Assembly: GCA_051362555.1 (NCBI GenBank)
Contig: CM120640.1
Location: forward strand, 52,120,788-52,184,787
Reading direction: 5' to 3'
Source: Lingula anatina
Lineage: Eukaryota; Animalia; Brachiopoda
Length of the DNA: 64,000 bases
Part shown: in pieces, positions 1 to 12,370 of the stretch
Numbering within the stretch: position 1 is the stretch's first letter
Layout: every line of letters starts with the position of its first letter
The notes under the pieces: generated by a model
The model's database searches: none
Seen by the model: the letters and a program-made list of their open reading frames with translations, nothing else
What the model was told of the DNA's origin: nothing
Program-made: the position numbers and the translations under genes

Positions 1-119
1 AACTTATATAGCCTACTATAGTAGGTATAGGCCTACTCTCGCTTATAAAATACGGCAATCTGGGCACTGTACATGTACATGTACACTGCCGTTGGCCTGT
101 TGAAGGTACTTATGCTTAC

Positions 120-428
120 TTATCATCCAGATAAAAAAAAAACAGTTTTCCGGCATCTAATTATTCAATAATACATCTTTCCCGTGCTGACTTAAAACAA
201 TAAATATACCCTCTAAAATATAAAATATCGGCGTTTATATTTCTCGTTGCCATGTACCTATTGGTATGAGAATAAGCAACTCAAACCTTTAAGAATTTTG
301 TAATCCCCTTTTTCTATCATCCAAAAATGAGGTTTTTCCTGCATCTAATTATTCAATAATGCATCAATTAATCTTTGTGTTGATTTACAACAATAAAAAC
401 ACCTTGAAAATATAAAAGGTCGTCGTTT
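120..428. repeat. Degenerate ~115-bp direct repeat pair in the unique flank (about 120-238 and 315-428)
   Basis: Both segments read tatcatcca...ttttcc-gcatctaattattcaataat-catc...aacaataaa...aaaatataaaa...cg-cgttt. Confidence 0.6.
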
Positions 429-600
429 CAATGTATTGTAGGCCTATAAGCATATTGACAAATCAAAGCTAAAATCGTCAATTTAATTTTAACACCTTTC
501 TATTAGGAGGTTAGATAGCAATCGGTACGAGGCGTAACGTCATCCGTGACCAAGATTTTATCACTAAAATTGGCATAGATTATCACGATTGTATGGGCTA

Positions 601-843
601 CACTTGTCCTCGTCGCATCAAATAGATATGTCCATTCCGTTTCATTTCTTTACCGTTGAACAAAAACAGTGCTCGCCTAGACAGTTATCGTCCACGACCA
701 TGCCACGTTGGGGCAGAAATCACCAAATAATCTCCCATTGACGACCATACTAAGAAATGCCTGCAAAACTGCATGAACAAAAGTACTGGGTGAAACATTT
801 CACATCCCCATGGACAGCAGACACACTGACTTAACTCCCAATG

Positions 844-881
<38 letters not shown>

Positions 882-1209
882 GTCATCAAGTTAACTTTCG
901 TACGAGCATTACTTGAACATGTGCACCCCTCTATTTGTAAACAAACCACTGCACCGCTCAAAGCCAGTAGCTCCCTCCGCCAGAGGTCTCACGACTGCAC
1001 CACAACTCTGCCTGGTCTTGAAAAAAATTGGCTGTAGTTTACACCCTAGCCCGCTATTTTACAGCAAAATTAGACCTAAAAATACGAGAGAAATGCCAGG
1101 AAAAAAAAAGAAAAATAGCACTGATTTTCTCTCACTGAACTACATTCGTATATAACAGTCAATGATTGGACAATTTAATGCATGGTTTCTGCCCTGAAAG
1201 TACTAGTTC
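601..1209 (+). pseudogene. Decayed spacer plus 5S 5' fragment at the array edge, split by a TIR element
   Basis: 601-689 resembles the spacer 3' part (acttgtcc...gcatcaaa-agat...ttccgtttcatt...aaaaacagtgct). 690-710 GTCCACGACCATGCCACGTTG matches the 5S 5' end with 2 mismatches. 1195-1209 TGAAAGTACTAGTTC continues the 5S sequence (consensus TGAAAGCACCGGTTC). Confidence 0.8.
711..1194. mobile_element. 484-bp non-autonomous TIR DNA transposon (MITE-like), superfamily uncertain
   Basis: Termini GGGCAGAAA (711-719) and TTTCTGCCC (1186-1194) are perfect inverted repeats. TG flanks both sides (709-710, 1195-1196), giving an apparent 2-bp TSD inside the decayed 5S. Internal poly-A at about 846-879. 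Confidence 0.7.
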
Positions 1210-1218
1210 AAGGTCATC

Positions 1219-1337
1219 GTCTACGACCATACCACGTTGAAAGCACCGGTTCTCGTCCGATCACCGAAGTTAAGCAACGTCGGGCCAGGTTAGTACTTGG
1301 ATGGGTGACCGCCTGGGAATACCTGGTGCCGTAGACA
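1219..1337 (+). rRNA. 5S rRNA: 5S rRNA gene (first intact copy, representative of all units)
   Basis: GTCTACGACCATACCACGTTGAAAGCACCGGTTCTCGTCCGATCACCGAAGTTAAGC...GGATGGGTGACCGCCTGGGAATACC...GTAGAC: canonical metazoan 5S with box A, intermediate element and box C. Ends GTCTAC/GTAGAC pair as helix I. Confidence 0.99.
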
Positions 1338-1339
1338 CG

Positions 1340-1344
1340 TTTTT
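1340..1344 (+). terminator. RNA polymerase III T-run terminator (present in each unit, with backup T-runs downstream)
   Basis: TTTTT lies just after the 5S 3' end, with further T4, T8-9 and T6 runs in the spacer. Confidence 0.85.
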
Positions 1345-1453
1345 GACATTTTATTCGTAGCCGATTTCAGTTTCTTTCACTTACCACTTTTTTTTCTTTA
1401 AGTTTTCAATTTTTTCCAAATCACAGTTGCGCCGTTGTCTTCGTCTATCAGTG

Positions 1454-1492
1454 CGTCGGGCCACGTCTGGACTAGGATGGAAGACCGCCTGG
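1454..1492 (+). pseudogene. 5S-derived fragment inside the non-transcribed spacer (in every unit)
   Basis: CGTCGGGCCACGTCTGGACTAGGATGGAAGACCGCCTGG vs 5S CGTCGGGCCAGGTTAGTACTTGGATGGGTGACCGCCTGG: 32/39 identical and ungapped by manual alignment. Confidence 0.8.
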
Positions 1493-4400
1493 CCACCTTT
1501 ACTTGTCCTTTTTAGCGTGGCATCAAACAGATGTGTCGATTCCGTTTCATTTCCTTTCCGTCGATCAAAAACAGTGCTAGCGCGGACAGTCATCGTCTAC
1601 GACCATACCACGTTGAAAGCACCGGTTCTCGTCCGATCACCGAAGTTAAGCAACGTCGGGCCAGGTTAGTACATGGATGGGTGACCGCCTGGGAATACCT
1701 GGTGCCGTAGACACGTTTTTGACATTTTATTCGTAGCCGATTTCAGTTTCTTTCACTTACCACTTTTTTTTCTTTAAGTTTTCAATTTTTTCCAAATCAC
1801 AGTTGCGCCGTTGTCTTCGTCTATCAGTGCGTCGGGCCACGTCTGGACTAGGATGGAAGACCGCCTGGCCACCTTTACTTGTCCTTTTTAGCGTGGCATC
1901 AAACAGATGTGTCGATTCCGTTTCATTTCCTTTCCGTCGATCAAAAACAGTGCTAGCGCGGACAGTCATCGTCTACGACCATACCACGTTGAAAGCACCG
2001 GTTCTCGTCCGATCACCGAAGTTAAGCAACGTCGGGCCAGGTTAGTACTTGGATGGGTGACCGCCTGGGAATACCTGGTGCCGTAGACACGTTTTTGACA
2101 TTTTATTCGTAGCCGATTTCAGTTTCTTTCACTTACCACTTTTTTTTCTTTAAGTTTTCAATTTTTTCCAAATCACAGTTGCGCCGTTGTCTTCGTCTAT
2201 CAGTGCGTCGGGCCACGTCTGGACTAGGATGGAAGACCGCCTGGCCACCTTTACTTGTCCTTTTTAGCGTGGCATCAAACAGATGTGTCGATTCCGTTTC
2301 ATTTCCTTTCCGTCGATCAAAAACAGTGCTAGCGCGGACAGTCATCGTCTACGACCATACCACGTTGAAAGCACCGGTTCTCGTCCGATCACCGAAGTTA
2401 AGCAACGTCGGGCCAGGTTAGTACATGGATGGGTGACCGCCTGGGAATACCTGGTGCCGTAGACACGTTTTTGACATTTTATTCGTAGCCGATTTCAGTT
2501 TCTTTCACTTACCACTTTTTTTTCTTTAAGTTTTCAATTTTTTCCAAATCACAGTTGCGCCGTTGTCTTCGTCTATCAGTGCGTCGGGCCACGTCTGGAC
2601 TAGGATGGAAGACCGCCTGGCCACCTTTACTTGTCCTTTTTAGCGTGGCATCAAACAGATGTGTCGATTCCGTTTCATTTCCTTTCCGTCGATCAAAAAC
2701 AGTGCTAGCGCGGACAGTCATCGTCTACGACCATACCACGTTGAAAGCACCGGTTCTCGTCCGATCACCGAAGTTAAGCAACGTCGGGCCAGGTTAGTAC
2801 TTGGATGGGTGACCGCCTGGGAATACCTGGTGCCGTAGACACGTTTTTGACATTTTATTCGTAGCCGATTTCAGTTTCTTTCACTTACCACTTTTTTTTC
2901 TTTAAGTTTTCAATTTTTTCCAAATCACAGTTGCGCCGTTGTCTTCGTCTATCAGTGCGTCGGGCCACGTCTGGACTAGGATGGAAGACCGCCTGGCCAC
3001 CTTTACTTGTCCTTTTTAGCGTGGCATCAAACAGATGTGTCGATTCCGTTTCATTTCCTTTCCGTCGATCAAAAACAGTGCTAGCGCGGACAGTCATCGT
3101 CTACGACCATACCACGTTGAAAGCACCGGTTCTCGTCCGATCACCGAAGTTAAGCAACGTCGGGCCAGGTTAGTACTTGGATGGGTGACCGCCTGGGAAT
3201 ACCTGGTGCCGTAGACACGTTTTTGACATTTTATTCGTAGCCGATTTCAGTTTCTTTCACTTACCACTTTTTTTTCTTTAAGTTTTCAATTTTTTCCAAA
3301 TCACAGTTGCGCCGTTGTCTTCGTCTATCAGTGCGTCGGGCCACGTCTGGACTAGGATGGAAGACCGCCTGGCCACCTTTACTTGTCCTTTTTAGCGTGG
3401 CATCAAACAGATGTGTCGATTCCGTTTCATTTCCTTTCCGTCGATCAAAAACAGTGCTAGCGCGGACAGTCATCGTCTACGACCATACCACGTTGAAAGC
3501 ACCGGTTCTCGTCCGATCACCGAAGTTAAGCAACGTCGGGCCAGGTTAGTACTTGGATGGGTGACCGCCTGGGAATACCTGGTGCCGTAGACACGTTTTT
3601 GACATTTTATTCGTAGCCGATTTCAGTTTCTTTCACTTACCACTTTTTTTTCTTTAAGTTTTCAATTTTTTCCAAATCACAGTTGCGCCGTTGTCTTCGT
3701 CTATCAGTGCGTCGGGCCACGTCTGGACTAGGATGGAAGACCGCCTGGCCACCTTTACTTGTCCTTTTTAGCGTGGCATCAAACAGATGTGTCGATTCCG
3801 TTTCATTTCCTTTCCGTCGATCAAAAACAGTGCTAGCGCGGACAGTCATCGTCTACGACCATACCACGTTGAAAGCACCGGTTCTCGTCCGATCACCGAA
3901 GTTAAGCAACGTCGGGCCAGGTTAGTACTTGGATGGGTGACCGCCTGGGAATACCTGGTGCCGTAGACACGTTTTTGACATTTTATTCGTAGCCGATTTC
4001 AGTTTCTTTCACTTACCACTTTTTTTTCTTTAAGTTTTCAATTTTTTCCAAATCACAGTTGCGCCGTTGTCTTCGTCTATCAGTGCGTCGGGCCACGTCT
4101 GGACTAGGATGGAAGACCGCCTGGCCACCTTTACTTGTCCTTTTTAGCGTGGCATCAAACAGATGTGTCGATTCCGTTTCATTTCCTTTCCGTCGATCAA
4201 AAACAGTGCTAGCGCGGACAGTCATCGTCTACGACCATACCACGTTGAAAGCACCGGTTCTCGTCCGATCACCGAAGTTAAGCAACGTCGGGCCAGGTTA
4301 GTACTTGGATGGGTGACCGCCTGGGAATACCTGGTGCCGTAGACACGTTTTTGACATTTTATTCGTAGCCGATTTCAGTTTCTTTCACTTACCACTTTTT

Positions 4401-5594
4401 TTTCTTTAAGTTTTCAATTTTTTCCAAATCACAGTTGCGCCGTTGTCTTCGTCTATCAGTGCGTCGGGCCACGTCTGGACTAGGATGGAAGACCGCCTGG
4501 CCACCTTTACTTGTCCTTTTTAGCGTGGCATCAAACAGATGTGTCGATTCCGTTTCATTTCCTTTCCGTCGATCAAAAACAGTGCTAGCGCGGACAGTCA
4601 TCGTCTACGACCATACCACGTTGAAAGCACCGGTTCTCGTCCGATCACCGAAGTTAAGCAACGTCGGGCCAGGTTAGTACTTGGATGGGTGACCGCCTGG
4701 GAATACCTGGTGCCGTAGACACGTTTTTGACATTTTATTCGTAGCCGATTTCAGTTTCTTTCACTTACCACTTTTTTTTCTTTAAGTTTTCAATTTTTTC
4801 CAAATCACAGTTGCGCCGTTGTCTTCGTCTATCAGTGCGTCGGGCCACGTCTGGACTAGGATGGAAGACCGCCTGGCCACCTTTACTTGTCCTTTTTAGC
4901 GTGGCATCAAACAGATGTGTCGATTCCGTTTCATTTCCTTTCCGTCGATCAAAAACAGTGCTAGCGCGGACAGTCATCGTCTACGACCATACCACGTTGA
5001 AAGCACCGGTTCTCGTCCGATCACCGAAGTTAAGCAACGTCGGGCCAGGTTAGTACTTGGATGGGTGACCGCCTGGGAATGGCCCATGACCCCCCTGGGT
5101 AGTAATCATAGTTCCTGGGAATCACGATGGGGGCGCTGAAGGGATAAACCCTTTGATCGTACAAGACGAGCCATGCTGGTTTTGTCAAAATTTATAAGCA
5201 GAATATCATAATATCCTTCTTTTTGATGTTTACTCATTGTAACAATAAAAGGCATTTTTCATGATTATATAAAATTATTTTTCTTTCTTTTTCGACAGTT
5301 TGTAGAGTTTCCTCTTTAGGTATTTTATATAACACACTCTTCTTCGATTTTAATTTGAAATGAAAATTTAAAAAAGAGAGTAAAATTAAATTGTACTTCT
5401 TTGTTTCTTACTGCGGTAATTTCATTTATTTCCTGTTTAATTAAATGACTCAAGTATGACAACTGAAATGTCTTCTTCAACACATCTTTATTATGGAAAA
5501 AATGAACAAAAAGTTACTGAAACAACATGAGTATTGAAAATGCACAAATATGAACAACAAGCATGTGCAACATTACTGCATTGGACAGAACATA

Positions 5595-6320
5595 TTTGGT
5601 TTCTTTGGTACCAGTTGCATAGAAAAATCACTGAATATACATTTTGCACAACTAATACAACTGAAAATATTTAAATGACAGTATGTAATATGCATTTCCC
5701 ACAATCTGCTCAACATTCTACATGGAAATAGAAAATAAAAACAGTCAAAAAAACTGACCGACTGTGATTTTCTCAATGATAATGCAAAGAAAATCACATT
5801 TTACAAAAATATATGTTTGATCCAAGTCTGCTGACTGGAATATAAGAATAATACACAGTTTCTTTGGCCTCTGTTGCATAGAAAACAGTACAAACCACTG
5901 CATACAAAATGTTTTTCACACAATCATTTCACCTTTGGTAAAACAAAGAAAAAAATCTTGTGGGAATTGATTGCTTGTAATACAACTTGTAATACAAAAT
6001 ACTGACAATGTAAAGAGGTTCATGTTTCATAAAATACATGGTTTGAGGAAAATCTACCTACAGAAATATAAAAAATAATACATATATACAGTTTCTTTGG
6101 CCTCTGATGCATGGAATTAAATACAAACTGCTGCATACAAAATGCTTTTCACACAATCTCTTGAATGCAACTAGTCATACAAAATACTGATTTCAATGTA
6201 AAGAAATTCATTTTCCTTACATACATGGTTTGAGCACTCTACTGACTGAAATATAAAAAATAATACATATTAACAGTTTCTTTGGCACCTTGCATACAAA
6301 AATACAAATCACTGCGAGTG
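5595..6320. repeat. Degenerate tandem repeats in the 3' non-coding part of family A (also about 33690-34415)
   Basis: The motif cagtttctttggcctctg..gcat...ctgcatacaaaatg.ttttcacacaatc...atacaaaatactga...atacatggtttgag recurs near 5855 and 6090, with partial copies near 5600 and 6275. Confidence 0.65.
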
Positions 6321-6442
6321 AAGTCCAGTTAAAAAAAAAAAGAAAAGTCATTAGCAGTATTTGGAGATTTCACAGACTCATGGCATGCATTGGGCACAAA
6401 AAAGTCTTAGTTCTATCTTCATGTAACATTATAATTTGGGCA

Positions 6443-9400
6443 CTAGAGCTGTGCCAATCTTTGGTCTACAAAAGACTTAAAATCCTCATAATCTTTAAAA
6501 ACTTCCTTTTCAAATCCTGCTGTCGTTGACATTTTTGTTGTCGGACAAAAAGTAAAAATTTTTTGTTTGCTTTTGCTTGTTTTTTCCTTTGATGGTGTGT
6601 ATCTCCTCCTTTTTCCACCACATTTGGGTACTTTACACAGTGCACATGGTTTCGATGATTTGTTTGGCATGGTAATTTTTGCTGGCAGTGGTGGTAGTGG
6701 TGCCTTGATTACGGGAGGACCTCCAGGCTGACAAATCACAGACGGGCCCTTTGGCTGAGAGGGGAGCACTATAAGAACAGGGGCATTTACAGGTTTTGGC
6801 TTGATGTCTTCCTTCTTAACTTTGCTTGATGCAGAAGCAACATCACCCTCAGTCTGCGGAGAAATGTCATTAAAATTTAACTTCCTCTTTTGCCCAGGCC
6901 TGATGCCTTTGATGAATGGTACTACAGGGTACTGCACCTGTGGCCGTCTAGGTGGTAAGAGCACCGATGGCAAGGTGTCAGCCTCTGGAATTGCTGCTTC
7001 AGATAACACTCGCTGATGGGTCTTGACCTTCGGCAAGGAAGTGGCGACATAGTTTGCTTTCTTCTCCTCTTTGGTCAGAAATGCACTGATGGATTTAGCA
7101 TTTATATTCGGTAGAGGCAAGGTCAGACTGCACAGCATGGGGTCGTCCCTCACTCGATCTACTATGCGTTTGTAGTGTGCCTTGATGAGTGAAGACAATC
7201 TGGACGGAGAACTGGTGTAACACGTTGGTGGCTTGTTTTTCAGGATTTTTATGAGCAAGTACAAAAGCCTGGACTCCTCTGTGATTTGTGCCGCTTGTGC
7301 GTATCTCATCCAGCCAAATTTTGTTTTTTGAGCTGCACTGGACTGTGGAGAATCTGGACCAAGGCATCGACCAAAGAGGGTGTAACCCCACTTAGATTCG
7401 TATTTCTTGACAAAATTGGTTGTCGACTTATCATGATCCTGTAGGTTTGAAGCAGCGGTTATGATCTTGTTTCTAAGTGTCGGTGGCACAAGGTGCTTCC
7501 CATCTTCAGCAGCCAATTCCACTAGCTGCAAGGCCAGGTGTTCCACCTCTTCATAACCAGGCAGGTGTAAATGGCTGGGACCCATGAGCACATCTTCCAG
7601 CACTGGGTTTGACAGCTCTGTGACTTGCTCTGAGGTGGTGAAAATAGAGTATTTGACGTTTACTTCATCCAAAGGATCATTGGATTGCTCCTCCTCATCT
7701 TCTACGATGCCCTCATCTTCCTCATCATCTGTCTGAGCTCCTTCCTCATCACCATCCTCCCTTGACTGCTCTTCCTCAACTGTAAAGAAAAAATACAAGA
7801 TATACTAACTTAAGACAATAAATTACAAACTAAAGACAAGAAATTTGTTCTGTAAAAAAGTGAAAAAAAAAAAAAAAAAAGAATATTACAGTACAAAGAT
7901 TTTCTTTTTTAAAGTTCATTGCTTATTATGATTTACATTGAACAATGAAAATTAATTTGCTGCAACCATTAACAATTCATTCTATAGACTAATTAAATCA
8001 TTACAATTCATGTGAAAATCTTACCCTTCTCCACATAGTATGATGCAGACTTGAAGTCAGTGGACTGAGCATACGCATACTCGATACCAAGCAACTCTTC
8101 TTCTTCCTCATTATTGTAGACCTCTGGGAATGGCATTGGTGCAGTGAAGTTAGGTTCAAAGAGGTGTTCCCTGCCAAACAAAACCTCTGACTGTTGGTTT
8201 AAGAGCTGCACTTGCCTGGGATCAGTGCACGATGACTTCCGCCCCTGACCACCTGCGACACGCAAGGACTCCATCCTGTGGTTCCACTGGGCAGCAAAAC
8301 TGATCAGGTACACCTGGTGAAAAAAATTTTTAAAAATTGATTCAAGGATCAACAATTTCGTGATATTCGGTGAACTTGATTTTATAATTATGGATTCTTA
8401 ATATTTATCAGAAAAAAAACCTTTAAAATACAGGTAAGTATTCACTGACAATTACAAAAAAATCAATCAATCAATCAATAATTTAAAAAATAAATATATT
8501 TTTTACTTGAAATGGCATGATGCCACACCTTTTGGAGGGGATAGCATTCACAAGGTGGGAATGTAGACCTTCAAGGGCATTACTTCCTCTACGACAACGG
8601 TACTTCTGCACATCTACACCATTGATTGACACCGTCTTAGTGGTTACATACAGCGGTATGCCAGGAGGATCCTAGAATATACAAATTGTGATAATAAAGA
8701 ATAAGTTAAATGGAATTTGTTTTCCCCTTCTATTGGGTAATGAACGCATTCTGCAAAAGGAAACTATAAAGTTGTAAAAAGACTAGATAAAGTAAGACGT
8801 ACCTGCAAACAGTTAATGTGCTGACTAGATCTTGCCCAGTGGATATCCACGGCTTCATGAGACTTGAAAAGGGGTATGCCATCTACGTCGAGTCCAGCTG
8901 GTCCTTTAAACTCGTCTATGATGGCTTCTACTGCACACACTGTTGCCTGCAAGTGGAATAACATTTTTATAAAATTTTTTTGTTCAGCAAATAAGTTTTA
9001 ATTTTCATGAAAGGTATGCTTATTTTGAAGAAAAATGTTATGTAAATTATTGGTTTGTATGTCATGAAAAAGGCTGAAGTGAAACATACCTCTACACCAC
9101 GTGTCACTCGCCGTACATAAGACTTGAACTGGTGAGGCTTGACAAAGGCAATCATCTCAGTGTCAGAGTATTTTGAGTACATCTGCTCATTGCCTGCCCG
9201 CACTGCCTTGACCAAATGTAGCAGGTCAGCCTTGTTGAATGCCAATACTGCTCCTGCAAGGGCGCTCATGAACACACCATACTTCGCATGACTCTGCTTT
9301 ATCACGACACTGTCCCATCTGTGGAGCCAGTGTCGGATATCCAGTCTGACAACCATGCCCTCCTCAACCCAGTCTGAGAACAATGTCTCATAAAAGGATT

Positions 9401-11975
9401 CTCCACCATCCCTAATATTCAAATAAGACAAAATATATAAATAAATAAAACAAATCATTCTCATTAAAAAAAACTTACCATAGAATAATTTTTCTAAATG
9501 GATTAAAACCACTTAAAAATTAATGGGTAAAGGACATTTTTTCTAAATAAATGGTCTTCCATTCCTATCATATTAATGATATTTGCATTGAAATAAACAC
9601 GAACAATGATGCTTAACTAGTAACATACCTGCAACAATTATTGTCTGTGTACAGAACTCGTGGGGCTGGAGCATCAGCACGCTTAAAACGCTCAATTAGT
9701 CCTCGAGCCATCCTCCTGTAACACTCCTCGGACTCGGAGGCTACAACAACTGTGGTGAGGAACTGGCCCCATTCATTTAATATGCTGGTCACATACTGCA
9801 GTGATCCACGTCCATCACCATACACTTTCTTGAGTATCTAGGAGGTTAAAAACAAGAGACATGTTAAGTAAATGAGTATAAATTTCACTGAAATAAATTT
9901 TCTGGAATAAAAAAAAAGGAAACTTTTTCTCTTAAAACCACACTAACCTGTTTAGTGCCATCAATACAAAGGATTTCTCCTGTGGTGCTGAGTATGGAGG
10001 CCCTGTATTCTGGAATTTTTTCCATTTCCATCACCAAGTGGGCACGTCGCAGGACACGAGATGAAGGAAGTGGAGTCTGAGCCATTGGTGGTATGTAGCT
10101 CCCGGCTTTCTTAGTGTACGACAGGATGCTGCTTCTGTCCATATGACCTTGATACAGCAGAGTCTGGTACATCCCTCTTCTCTCCATGTACCACTGGTCA
10201 TGTTGGTGCTGTACCAGTCTGTGCACCTTGGTCATTGACACAGCATTCAGCCTGTCAGACAAAATCACAGCTATGTCCTTATCTATAGCCCTTTTTCCAC
10301 AGATGACAGCTGGAAAGAGACTGCGGACTGCCGGTGACAATTTCATCATAATCCGAGGGCTGTAACTGTGAAAAGAATACTGGGTTTCCTCATTTTCTCC
10401 CCTCTGCTGACGTGCATTTTTGCATGGGTAGCAAACCAGCCTTTCCGTCAAAAGGGTATAAAAACTCCGCATTCCACACACCTGCCTGGCAGTTGACCCA
10501 AAGCCATGCTTGGACAAGAAACTTCCAGGTGGAGCAGGACAGTCCTTATTTGGGCATGGTATCTTGGCCTCCATGACCCCTACTGGTCTCCAGAATATCA
10601 CAGGCGATGTGAAGAAGGCATACATTGAGGGCAGTGATGCCTTAATAGAAATTGGCATTGGTGGTGGGTAAAAGTTGATCTTTTTCTTAAGAACCCTCTT
10701 ATACACAACTTCCCCACTGGCACTTCTGTATGGTATTGGTGCAGTAAAAAGTCCATACTCATCATTTTCCTTGAGCCACTTGATGTTAGGGTCTGGGCTT
10801 CCCTCCCACGACCTCTGCCACCCTTCCAATGCAGGGGCCTCTGGATCAGGGGTGAACTCCGCAGTGATCTCCAGCTCCTTTACAGAGGTCAGGTGGGTAG
10901 ATACCTGGCTCTGCTGTAATGCTTCCTCTAAAAGTAACAAATATATAACATCGAGTCCCTGTCTAATGGGATATGTGCTGGATATGGGATACCTGGTGTA
11001 TTATGCATTACAGTCAGGGTATAATAAAGTCAAACTGTAAAGATAATGTTACAATTTCAAGTTGCATTCTTACATTATTTAACTCTGTGTGTTATGTGAA
11101 GACAGCCTTATACATCTGCAAAGGTTAATCATTTTACCTGCTTGTGTCAACAGAATGGAATCCTCAACATATCCAGGATCTTCCTCCATCTCTTTTGCCA
11201 ACATCAGTGATCTTTCTGCTCCCTCAATATCTTTAGCTTTCTGTAATTAAATTTACTGTGTGCTAAGTATAGGCACTAACAACATGAATAATCTGAGATT
11301 AAAACAATAAATAAAGACATCATTTGTAAGGAAAAGACTTTTATAGCAGCATTAGTCATAAATGGGAACAGGGGTATATTTACATTGAAATAAGTGGAAA
11401 AAAGCATAAAAAACATATGATACCTGTAACTTTCTCTCCAGGTGAATGTTCACAGCAGGAAATTCTTTCACCAAGTCCAGCAGCTGCTGCTTCTGCCATT
11501 TGATCTGCATATTGGACTCTCCCTTCAGACAGTATTCAGCCAACAGCCAGACCACCCATCCAACATCATTTTCAAGGAGCCACTTGTAAGACTTGCCCTG
11601 GAATTTCCCAAATGTCATGACTAGCATAAGCCGCCACTGGTCATTGCCTAGCTGGCGGGCTTTTGCTTCTGCACTGGCTGGGTCTAACCACAACTGGTCT
11701 AAAGCAGACTCTGGGCGGAATGCTTTAGCTTCTGGGGTGGATTGTAGCATAGCTTCTCCTGGCTTGTACATACGAATGGAGGGGTAGAGGTGCTGCCGTG
11801 CGTGGCTCTCGAGGTGCCCCTTCTGATTAAATGTCTTGGAACAGTGTGGACAACTGTAAGCTTTAGCCCTCTCCTCATTGTGTATTAGCTGCATGTGTCT
11901 ATTTAGATTAGCTTTGAATCTAAAATACTTAAGGCATACACCGCACTGGAACTGTGTTTTACTGCTGGGTTCCAT
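6443..11975 (-). CDS. Dada-like DDE transposase, 9 coding exons, about 1366 aa
   Basis: Manually spliced GT-AG exons 11975-11424, 11240-11138, 10927-9948, 9837-9629, 9411-9090, 8946-8803, 8671-8507, 8313-8025, 7779-6443 total 4101 nt with consistent phases. Motifs: two N-terminal C2H2 fingers, TFGKFQGK, LCIDGT (D), YTDNNCC (D), RLDIRH (DxxH), RGSNALEGLH (E), acidic tract, C-terminal Cys cluster. Confidence 0.88.
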
Positions 11976-12370
11976 ATTTACTGAAAACATAAAAAAAGTC
12001 TACTAAATACCCAAAATACTGCTGTAATGTTAATTAGTTGCATATATATGTATATATACACATATATAAGCACAAGTCATCGGGAAAATATTTTAATAAA
12101 GTTTTTAAACAGAACACTGTGGCATACTACCCCCCCCCCCCCACCCCGGCGATTAAAGATAAAGGTATTAACAGGTCACTATGAGCTTTATTTGAATGAA
12201 TTAAAGTTTAAATACCAAACAGTACATGTTGCGAAATGTATACACTGGCCAAGTGCCGGTACATGCAAAACGCCATACTAATTCAGTTTTGCGGATCAAT
12301 ACTAAGTAAACACAAAAAGTACAGCTGCCGGTATTTTCAAAACGGCAACAAATATGTGGTCATATCTTAC

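Larger units (their letters stand above)
1219..5080 (+). rRNA. 5S rRNA: 5S rDNA tandem block 1: 11 genes, 376-bp period, last gene (starts 4979) interrupted
   Basis: Near-identical units every 376 bp. Confidence 0.98.

Noticed and set aside
810-1155. ORFs 810-1037 and 913-1155
   Set aside because: Poly-lysine derived from a poly-A tract inside the small TIR element, with no recognisable domain.
1338-1594. Linked snRNA, SL RNA or tRNA gene in the spacer, as in some invertebrate 5S arrays
   Set aside because: No recognisable U1, U2, U5, U6, SL or tRNA motifs by eye in the 257-bp spacer. An Rfam scan would be needed to exclude one fully.
11352-11990. Stand-alone host zinc-finger gene or TFIIIA
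   Set aside because: Only two fingers, and the ORF splices in frame to the transposase exons inside TSD-bounded elements.
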